Below are positions 11,679-21,907 of a DNA stretch of 64,000 nucleotides, in pieces; the first letter of the stretch is position 1; each line of letters starts with the position of its first letter. The DNA lies in the NCBI RefSeq assembly GCF_003704095.1, contig NW_020846166.1, forward strand, positions 1-64,000, in the 5' to 3' direction. Made by a program: the position numbers and the translations under genes. Source of the stretch: Pocillopora damicornis. Taxonomy: Eukaryota. The notes beneath the pieces were generated by a model that ran no database searches, was not told the DNA's origin, and was given only the letters and a program-made list of their open reading frames with translations.

Positions 11679-12615
11679 NNNNNNNNNNNNNNNNNNNNNN
11701 NNNNNNNNNNNNNNNNNNNNNNNNNNNNNNNNNNNNNNNNNNNNNNNNNNNNNNNNNNNNNNNNNNNNNNNNNNNNNNGAAAAACTAAATGATTCAGCAT
11801 GTTTTATAAATCTCTGTTCATGTTTACTTTACTATCCCATAAAGGGCTCATTACAAACTGTGTTATCTGCTAGGCTATAGGGAAGAGTGAATTAAATTAG
11901 ACTATAAACTTCTCCACATACACAAATGAAAGGCTGTGCCTTTGAATGTTCTCACCACACAATCAACATAAATGTGTGAGATGTCAGAGGTTAAAGAATT
12001 CAAAACAACTCAAAGCCTTGAACTATCAAGCCCAGGAAAGGATTGGAGCACATATTGTTACATTTGGCCTCTCAGAGTGTACACCATAACAAAAAGTGAT
12101 ATTTTCAGCTGCCTTAATTTGGTATCTTTTGGGATTGCATGAGATAAAGTGTTGGGCTGTTTCAGTTTAATTAAACTTTGTAAAGAGAGTTTACAGTTGA
12201 TGCATAATTATAAAACCCAAAATTAATGTTATGCCTGAATTTTACAGAAAGGAATGATGAAGTGAGATTTGAAGTTTTCCTTTATAAATTTGTGAAGTGT
12301 GAAATATTCCTGCATGAAACCCAATGAGGACTGTCCCTTTGCTAAAAAACAATATTTGCATAATCAACCAACATCAATTGGTATCTTTTATGAGTGAAAT
12401 AAAAGGTTGAGCCACAAGACTTGGATCAAAATTTCTAATGAACATCTGTGCCCTTTTAAGAAAAGATCTTTTACCCCCCCTTTAAGATCAGGATCAAACA
12501 TCTCTGACACTGTATTTTTTTACACCCAGAAACACAGCTCTATACATTTGTAATGTGTAACAGAGTTCCTTCATCATCCATACTGCTGCTGAGGAGCAGC
12601 AGTCACTTATCTGCT

Positions 12616-14108
12616 CTATTGCCTTGTTTGCTCATCAGTCTCGTCTTCTAAATCTATGTTGCTCGCACTGTGCATTCCCACAAGGACATCCGCAATCTTG
12701 TTTGTGTCATTTCCTGAAATTGGAACCAATTCATACTTTCCTCTGCATTCCTCCGAGTCATCCAGAATTTCCCTCAGCTTGCGGATGAATAACACCACCT
12801 AGGTTACAACGAAAATGGTTTCAGTTGGTGTAAGCATTAGCTTAACCTTTCAGCTCTCAGTAGTGATAAACCTGTAACTTCTCCATAATATTCATAAATT
12901 ATCCAGCAAACAGTTAATGAGAATACTAAAACTTATCAGGTAGAAGCTGTTATCTTGATTTAATGCTAAATTCTTGTTACTAATTTACAAGGAAATGTGT
13001 TTAAGCTAGAAGGGGGAATATACAATCAGATCTTGGGAGTTAAAGGGTTAAGCTACAACAATCAATTACAAAATTTGTATTAAAAACACTACCTCAAAAA
13101 GAAATTCTAAGAACAAATATTTATTATCATATATCTAAAATTATACAACAGATCACACTTGTTCACCTGATGATCCCGCTCTGGACCAGTCAAGGGGGCT
13201 TTTGCATGACTTGACATTTCGTACAGGGACATAAGAGGCGTAGCGTACTCCAGGACAAAGTGGTACTCATCCACTGTTCCATCTGGGCGGGGCATCTCTA
13301 TGCGGTGTACCGCATGCTGGTAACTTCTCTCCAAAATTCCAGCCCTGGTGATTTTACTTTCGGGGAGTTTGCCGGCCCATTTTACCCTGTCATCTGCTTT
13401 GGAGATTTCTCCAAATGTAAAGCACGTTTTTGGAAGTAAAATGAAAAGCTTTTCGTCTGTAATCTTATGACGAAATGTGTCCGATTCGGAAATACGATAT
13501 CCCAGTCTTGGCAGCACCAGTTTCAGATACCCAAAGTAGTAGCTCCAAGCCAGCCCATCGGCCACATTCTTGTTTTCTTTTTCGTTAAAATCCGATGTCT
13601 CTACAGGAGAAAGCTGTCGAAGACCCACAAGGAATGACAATTGCGGAACCACGAGACAATTCAGGAAAAACAAGATGGAGAAACCTGGACTCGAGAAAAC
13701 TTCGTATTGTTCATGCAGCACAAAACACAGTGTCAGAGCGGAGGCGATGGCGACAACCAAAATACTACCGGAATTATTGAAAGTGAAAGTCGTCTTGAGA
13801 ATATCCTTCCAGTTTCCTCGATATCTCGCGTGTTTGTGTTTAATCTCTTCAGACACTAGGCACAATCTTCGTACCATTTCTCCGAGAACGACACTCAAGA
13901 TAAGTAGGGCTGTTGTAAACACCAGGAAGTGAATCCCTTCTCTCTTTTCGTTATCCTTTACTGCGAACAAAAGCATCGCGCTACTAATCACAACCACGAT
14001 AGCTGATGTGATCGTAGCAATATTTCCACGAAGCTCGGAAAGTGGTCCAAAGCCATTATGTGCTTGCTGAGCTACGTCATCTCCTCGGGGAAGAAGATTA
14101 TCAGTCAT
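12616..14108 (-). CDS. STING1: STING paralog C, 2 exons: 14108-13167 and 12798-12616, ~374 aa
   Basis: Full STING motif set ([25 protein letters not shown]). Intron CAG|gtgaac ... cctag|GTG. Acidic tail [14 protein letters not shown]. Confidence 0.95.
12842..13051. mobile_element. piggyBac-type MITE in the STING C intron (same site as in B)
   Basis: TTAACCTTT...TCTTGGGAGTTAAAGGGTTAA. Confidence 0.75.
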
Positions 14109-14219
14109 GGTGGAGAAAACTATTCCTTTCTCACGATGGTCTTACGTTACTCGTGAAGTTGGCCTCAACCAAATGCGTCAAACTGTTGGGAGCAGATCAC
14201 TTATTCAAATAGAACGCCA

Positions 14220-14410
14220 TTCACTCGGGTAATCCCCCAGATGAATTCTCTGGACCTGATTGGCCAGGAGCGCGTCAGGATGTTCAGAAGGTGTACCCCT
14301 GGGGGAAAGCCCTCCCTGACGGGGTGGGTTAATCAAAGTTTCATAGTGCTCTTTCAGCAACTTTCGGTTTCTAGAGATCTTTCCCTCACAAATGAAAAAC
14401 TGAAATAAAA
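14220..14410 (-). promoter_or_regulatory. STING C promoter cassette
   Basis: GGGTAATCCCC 14227-14237; TGATTGGCC 14257-14265; GGGGAAAGCCC 14302-14312; ACTTTCGGTTTC 14360-14371. Confidence 0.7.
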
Positions 14411-15476
14411 ACTTTTTCCTAACCTATACCTTTTGGAGCCCCCCCACTCCTTGAATGTCCGTTGGGTTTAAAAATTGTGGTTTTCACAGGAAGGTTGCAT
14501 GTCCTCATAGAAACTAGAAACAAATTGACTTTAAATCAGGGTGTATAATGGTAACTATTGCTTCAATATTGGATTATCCATATTTATGTGAGGGCCAGTT
14601 AAATTAGCTCTGCCTTCATCTTGGCTAGGCTCATAGAAGAGAACAAGGAAGATCAAGGGGTTATTAATGCTATTGCCAAATGACATAAAACTTCTTCATA
14701 AACTGATACCACCTGTTTAAGGCGTTCCTAGTTCCAACAGTTTACAAGCTCTCTCTGGATCAATTAATATTGTTAATTTCTTCTGGTCAAGCAAAAAGGG
14801 TTCATAAAAATATTCTGTCCATGACTGAAGCACATTGAACCGTAATTAAGACTGAGAAGAAATCCTGCCTAAACCATGGCATCTGAAACACATTTCTGAT
14901 GATTTTAGTATTGAGAATTTGGTGTTATGTAAAACACTTGAGGTATAATGATATTGTTTTCTTCTTTCTCATCACCTGAGATGCATCAAATTGAAAACAT
15001 AATTTTTTGGGGGTTTTCACGGGAATGAAAGGGTGAAGTGATATATTACTAATCAAACCCATGTATGACCTTTATAGCTGGCCATCAAGGCAAGTTTACA
15101 TGCTACAACAGGGGGCAGAGGGGTGGGGTGTATGGATGGAGCCAGGACACTACTTGTCTTGTATGAAAGTGACAATAACTTTCACATTTTTCTGCCTCCC
15201 TCAGACAGTTAAGGACATCAGTATATTTATTAGCTATCAACAAAGTATCTTTAGGATTCCTTGGTATAAAATGCTGTGAAATTACAGTTTCAGTGAACAA
15301 CTGTATCAGAAAAGTGTAAAAAGAAAAAATTTGGTATTTTCACAATAGTACTTGTGTCAGTTGTCTTTATAGACTATACTACTTTCTAAAAATGTTCTCA
15401 GTTTTTTATAGACTGATGTATTTATGTCTCAGATCCCTCCTATAATGAATAAGCAATATCATTTTGTTCACAGCGG

Positions 15477-17685
15477 TCACTGTTCTGGTATTTTCACTTC
15501 ATCAGCTTCCTCATCCATCTCCACATTGGCAGCTTTATGCATTTCAACCAGGATATCTGCAATCTTGTTTTTCTCCTCATCTCCTGAAAATGGAACCAAT
15601 TCATACCTTCCTCTACATTCTGTACTCTTATCCAAAATTTCCTTCAGTTTTCGAATGAACAACACTACCTAAAGGATATGAAAGAGAGAGAAAAAGAAAA
15701 GGATTAAACAAAGTTTAATTATATATAATATAATTATATGTGTAAATAAATCTTGATTATGATCTATCCTTGTGGTGTAGTGCTCGATGTGTTCGCAGAG
15801 TATGATATGTCTAAAAGTTGGACAAATCAATAAGACCTAACTTTTCTGTGAAACCTGCGTTTCACACTTACGCGATCATCAGCCATGAAAATTGGTCTAA
15901 TGACTGCATAGCATGAAACTCAGAGTTACAGAAAAGTTATGTCTTATTGATTTGTCCAACTTTCATATATATATATATAGGTATATGTACATATATTCAT
16001 ACATACATACATATAGGAAATTCATGTTTAACATACAGATGAAATCTTATTTTGCAATTCAAGACTTAATTATCATTTGCTTTGAACATTACAATTAAAA
16101 TGCACATTTTTTGTTCTTTTTGCTCAAAATGACATACAGTTTTTAAACTGTTTGTGAGTTTGTTTTATCAATACAGCACAAGAAGGCAAAGGAGCTGTTT
16201 TAACCACCGAAAAATGGGCTGGGGTAGAAAAATACAGCCTATGGGAACTTTGAAGGAAGTTTTAAACTTTCCTCATTTTACTTTTCTGGTCAATGTATGA
16301 AACAACCAATTTGAATTGCTTTTGGTGTACACATATTTTATCATCAATCTTCAAATTAAAAATAAAAAAAAAAGAACAGAATGTGGTAAGAGCAATTCAC
16401 CTGATATTCTTTTGCTTATTTGTTTTTTTTCTTCCTGTTGTTATCTTAGCCTAAAATCATCTGCAATCCTCCAAAACCTAACAAATACATGAATGCTATT
16501 CCCTGGGTGCTTCAACATCTGGTGTCTGACCTGACACATACTGGTGTCCAGGCTCTATGGCTAATGCATAATGTAAGCTTTCACATTGAGGCATGGAGAA
16601 CTACTTGACAAGCACATAAAAACTCTGAATGGAAGAGATAACATTTTTCACATGCTTCTCAATTGCTTTTCTCAGGCCTGTGGTAGGAGGCAGTAAAAAA
16701 ATTAAATTACATAACAATCCAAGTGTATCAAAAATGGTCACCGCACTACCTGGTGATCCCGCTCTGGAGCCGTTAATTGGGCGTCTTGGAAGTTAGACAT
16801 ATCATGAAGGGTCATCAGAGGCGTGGCATACTCCACAATAAAGTGGTACTTTTCGTTTGTCCCATCTGGCATCACTATTTCATGTACCGCATGCTTGTAA
16901 CTTCTCTCCTTAATTCCTCCCCTGTTAATTTTACTCTCCGGGAGATTGCCGACCCATTTTACCCTGGAATCCGCTTCCTCAATGTCATCACATGTGAAGC
17001 ACGTTTTTGGAAGTAGAATGAAAAGCTTCTTGTCTATTATCTTATGACGAAATGGGTCCGATTCTGATATCCGTTGTTCCAGTCTTGGCAGCACCAGCCT
17101 CAGATAACCAAAGTAATAGCCCCAAGCCAGCCCATCAGCCACATTCTTGTTTTCTTTTTCGTTCAAATCCGATGTCTCTACAGGAGAGAGCTGTCGAAGA
17201 CCCACAAGGAACGACAACTGCGGAACCACGAGACAGTTCAGGAAAAACAAGATGGAGAAACCTGGACTAGAGAATACTTCGTATTGTTCATACAGCCCAA
17301 GACACAATATTAGAGCGGAAGCGATGGCGACGACTAAAATACTACCGGAATTATCGAAAGTGAAAGTCGTCTTGAGAACAGCCTTCCAGTTTCCTCGATA
17401 TCTCGCGTCCTTGTGTGTAATCTCTTCAAACACTAGGCACAATCTTCGTACTATTTCTCCGAGAACGACACTCAAGGTAAGCAAGGCTGTTTTAAACACC
17501 AGAAAATGAATCCCTTCCCTCTTTTCGTTCTCCTTCACTACGAACAAAAGCACCGCGCTACTAAATACAACCACGATCGTTGATGCGATCGTAGCAATAT
17601 TTCCACGAAGCTCGGAAAGTGGTCCAAAGCCATTATGTGCTTGCTGAGCCACGTCATCTGCTCGGGGAGGATGATTATCAGCCAT
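15477..17685 (-). CDS. STING1: STING paralog D, 2 exons: 17685-16750 and 15668-15477, ~375 aa
   Basis: STING motifs ([36 protein letters not shown]). Intron CAG|gtagtg ... tttag|GTA. Confidence 0.95.
15814..15963. mobile_element. Palindromic MITE in the STING D intron, followed by a (TA)n/(TACA)n tract
   Basis: AAAGTTGGACAAATCAATAAGAC.TAACTTTTCTGT is mirrored by ACAGAAAAGTTA.GTCTTATTGATTTGTCCAACTTT. Confidence 0.75.
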
Positions 17686-17799
17686 GGAGGATAAAACTAT
17701 TCCTTTCTCACGAAGGACTTTTCTTACTCGTGAAGTTAGCCACAGCTTAATGCGCCAAATTGAAGAGAGCTAACCTATTACTCAACTTGAACGCCATTC

Positions 17800-17960
17800 A
17801 CTTATTTGGGGAATCCCCTAGATGAATACTCTGGATCTGATTGGCCAGGAGCCTCATCGTGGATATCGACAGGGTGTACCCCCCTGGGGGAAAGCCCTGA
17901 ATTAGGGCGGGTGACTCGAAGTTATAAAGTGCTCTCTCAGCAACTTTCACTTTCGAGATA
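17800..17960 (-). promoter_or_regulatory. STING D promoter cassette, within the divergent interval shared with the SIMC1-like gene
   Basis: GGGGAATCCCC 17808-17818 (reverse complement GGGGATTCCCC, classical kB site); TGATTGGCC 17838-17846; GGGGAAAGCCC 17887-17897; ACTTTCACTTTC 17943-17954 (GAAAGTGAAAGT, IRF-E). Confidence 0.72.
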
Positions 17961-18339
17961 TCTTTCCCAGTGGAATAAAAACCAAAAGAAAATCGTTATT
18001 CTTAAATGGCCCGTCTGGTGTCCACACAGGCTAGAGAATTTGTAAACCCCCCTAGGCCCCTTGTGGAAAAATTTTGGTACTCGCGTGAGAGCCTTACAAA
18101 CGGTTATTCAGCGTTAATATTCAAATACTTGCTATTACGTGAAAGCCAATGAAAATATAAAACTTACAATAGTTTGTTCCTCATTGAATTATTTTTTGTG
18201 CTTGGCGTAGAGAGGAGCATCGAGGAACATCAAGGAGCATCAGGGGACGTTTAAAGCCAGTGCCAATTGACATAACACTTCTACGTCCTTAAAGAAAATA
18301 CATCTACAGAAAGCGAGCATGGTTGTGTGAAAGATGTAA

Positions 18340-21198
18340 ATGGCGCAAAACGACGTGATTGTCATCAGCGACGATGAAGGAGACTTTGTCAACAAAAAGA
18401 TATCGGAGAAAACACAAATTATTGTTATCGATGAGGACGATGACATTGTCGAATTGACGGAAACGACGAGCAATGTCATTGAAACAATCGCAAGTAGTCA
18501 AGTTAAATCTGAGTCTTGTCGTCCGTTGAAAAATTTGAAATTCAGCGAAAATGGCGTTAAGAGGCTCCAAGCCCAGGTAAAGCTCATCGACATTGGAAAA
18601 TCGAAGAAGCCACTGAAACTTAAAGCTGTGAAACCAGAGAATGACGAGGTAGTTGCAACCAGTTCAACCGAATTAAAAGAAACCAATTCATCGGTGCAGC
18701 AGGTGAGAATTGAGATGGAAAGATTCCCGTTCTTCCGATACTTATTCTAAAACAAAGTCTTAGTGTTAATGTATTGTTTGGCCATTGGTTTCTTTTATCC
18801 AAGTACTGTAAGCATATCGAAGTATAGGGTTATACGGAAATCTTGCTGAGTTTTCTTCAGAGCTTTTCTTCTAAGCTCTGAAGAAAATTGAATTTCTTGG
18901 AACAAGAAAAATTACAACCCAATCTCTTTCATTCAGTGTGGTGTCTGGCCAGATCTTCATGAGCATCCCTAATCCAGATAAACTAGTAACCAAGCACAGT
19001 GTTTGGATGTACTTTCTAAACCACAAGGAGGCTTATTAATATCAAGGTTCCTTCATATCATCGTAAAGCTGTTCAAAGTTGGTAATGTTGTTACTTAGGT
19101 TAGTCTTGCTTACTCAGTGGACAACAACTGCCATACTGGGGCTTATACTGGTATTGGCTGCATTGAGTTACCAGGACAACATGTGTTACTTTTCCTGGAC
19201 AGGATGGTGGTTCACTGCAGGGTATCCATTATGCTCACTTACTCTCATGCTTAAAGTTGTGATTGTCACCAACCGGATTCTCTTGACCGAAAAAAAAAAA
19301 AAATAGAAACACTTGAACATTTACAGCCCTGACTGGTACATTTTGTAAATGTTTCATAGTTAGATTAAGAGCTTGAATCAATCTAAGTAGAGGGATATTT
19401 TTCTAATAATCTTGCTTTCCATGAAACCCTACGATATTGAAAGGGGACACAAGAAGAAAGGTTGTGTAAAAACTCTTTGAGGCTTTGTCAAAAGGTTTTA
19501 TAGTTTCCTTGAATTTCTATGGTTTTTTTGGGTTATGATTGGGTCCTCTACAAAAAATACCAAATTGACTTTGACTTTGACTTTTAAAAAAGTTGATGGA
19601 TGCATTACAAGTCTTTTTGCAGTCATCAAGTGTCACTGAAAGTTTGTTGTCTGAGGTGAAGAGAGGCAGTGTTTTGGTTAAGTGTGCTAACTACAAAACT
19701 CTCATCTTTCCTGTTGACTGATTCCTAATTCTCTATATGTTTCCAGGTTAAGACTGAAGAAGTGGATGCACACAATGGGGAGTTAAGAATGAACCTCTTT
19801 GAGAAATTCTGGTCTGGTAAACAAGAAATCATCAGCAACAAACCTGCAAAAGTCATTGAAAGTTTTGATGACTCATACAAACACAAAAAGGCTAAAAGCT
19901 CTTGTCAGTCTCCATCTTCATTAAAGCAGAGGAGACTCAACGCTGAGAGTTTCTCTCCTAAGAAGAGGCCTCCTTTACATGGGATTGTGAGAGATGGAGA
20001 ACTTTTACATTACACAACACCTTTACACTGCACAGTTCCACTGAAAAAATTAGAACTTGCAAGCAAACAAGAAGAAAGCTTGAGCAAAACCTTCACTGAA
20101 AACCAGCTGAATTCACTGCAAGCTCTTAAAGAAGAGAATTTTCACAAAACCTACCTGGAAACTGTCACCAGCTTTATGAGTCCACGTCGTAAGCCACCTC
20201 CATCCCTTCTGTTTTACCTGTTCAATAATATCTTGCTCTCCAAGCAAAGTGGCTGTGGTACAGAATGTTTTAGAATTCTCTTACGGATTCAAGAATTGCA
20301 TCCTGCTGAGGTGGCACAGATGTTACAACAGAAAATTACATGGGAGTTTGTTTCCATGATAGTGAAGCTAGCAGGATGCACACAGTCTCACACAGTGGAA
20401 AGCTTTAAAATGAATGCCTCCATGGCTTTGTCTTTTCTTGTAAGTGTCATGGAAAAGGAAGTTGAGAAAAAGAAAGTCTGCCTTGTCAAGACAAGTGCGC
20501 ACCGATTTTTCTCAGTAGATAGACTTTCGGGTAATTTTCATGATGTTGTAGAGTGGGTTAAAAAGGCCACAGAAGAACATCTCGAGGAACAATTGGACCA
20601 ACATTGTGGGCATAACTTCTGTCCACTATATTTATTACAAAGAATGCTTCAGTTGTCAGTGTTAGTCGGTCAAAGACCAGAGGACACTGCTGTAAGACTA
20701 GCCAATGATTTAGTTTTGGCTTATGTAGAGTTACCATCTATCAAGTATAAAACATTGTTGCTTCAGTCAATACAGTCACATTTATTGAAGACAAAGCTGA
20801 TTGAAATTGTGGTGAAAAACTGTTGTTCTATTGATGAAGAGTTAGAGGAGGAAAGAATGACTAGCTCTGGATTGAAAAATGTGGTCTTAAACTTCAAAAG
20901 ATCTCCACCTCTCTCTGATGGCATTGTTAGCACTACAAACTGTGAAGAATTTGTCATGCTTCTTGCATATTGGCTGCAAAGCTTTATTTTCTGTCACAAG
21001 AGGTCTTTAATGGCAAAAGGAAAAGAATCACAGCGAGTTTTGTCCCTAAATGATGTGGAGGTACTGAGGAGAATTGAACAGGAAGTGTCTATTTTGACAG
21101 CTCGTTTAGAGTTATTATGTGGCTCTACACTCTCCCCAAGAAGCTACCAATTACTGCAATTAATCTTGTCACTAAAGAGTTTTGCACAAATTCCATAG
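18340..21198 (+). CDS. SIMC1: SIMC1-like protein (SUMO-interacting motifs plus Nse5-like helical domain), 2 exons: 18340-18702 and 19747-21198, ~604 aa
   Basis: N-terminal SIMs with acidic flanks (VIVISDDE, IIVIDEDDD, IVELT). The C-terminal segment FMSPRRKPP...ILL...LLRIQELHPA...W resembles the human SIMC1 FVSPQHYPP...ILL...LMKIQQLHPA...W region as recalled. In-frame phase-0 GT/AG intron. Confidence 0.75.
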
Positions 21199-21695
21199 GT
21201 GATGTTGCTGCAAATTGTATGATGTCCTGTAACAAGGGTGATTGAGATTGTTTTGTTGTACTTAAGTAGCTTGATGCATGATTACAATCAAGAGAAAATC
21301 TCACCAAAACCATGATTTCCTGTGCTTCTGTTGGAAACTAAAAGAATCAAGGTGAAGAATGAGTCAGGTTGGTTTGGAAAAGTTTAGGACAAAGAACATG
21401 TGATGTGAATTAAATAGTTTATATTATAAATAAATACCATTCATATTCAGAGTACATTTTGTGGCAAGTCTTTTTTTATAACCATTTATTTGAATGATGT
21501 GGGGATTTAGGAATGTTGTTTTAAATCCAGATTCACTGAAATCCAGGATATTATAATTTTCTAACCACCTGAAAAAAAATTCCAAATCAATACAGAACAG
21601 TACTGACAATAACTTATTAATTATTACTGTTCACTACAGCGATTTTATTTTACAGCAGTTATCATTAGCATGCATTACCCCTTCTTCCAGGTCAC

Positions 21696-21907
21696 TTAAT
21701 CCTTTGACTCTCAGGATTGACCAAGAAAGAATTTCTCCTTACAGTGTCAATACAATATCAAGCAGAAAAGTGATGAGAATAAAGAGAAATATGCATATGG
21801 GAATTATTAGTTGATCCAATTTGGAATTCATAGAACTAACATCATAAGAACTGTATGGTAGACAGTAAGGAGAATTACTATTGAGATCTTGGGAGTGAAA
21901 GGGTTAA
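21696..21907. mobile_element. piggyBac-type MITE
   Basis: TTAATCCTTTGACTC...TTGGGAGTGAAAGGGTTAA. Confidence 0.7.

Noticed and set aside
5351-17509. Many + strand ORFs overlapping STING exons, repeated between copies
   Set aside because: Antisense shadows of the duplicated coding sequence, with no independent family features
1-18000. Bacterial CBASS/TIR-STING operon interpretation
   Set aside because: The genes have spliceosomal introns, TM-STING architecture and animal neighbours. No cyclase (cGLR/CD-NTase) is visible in the window
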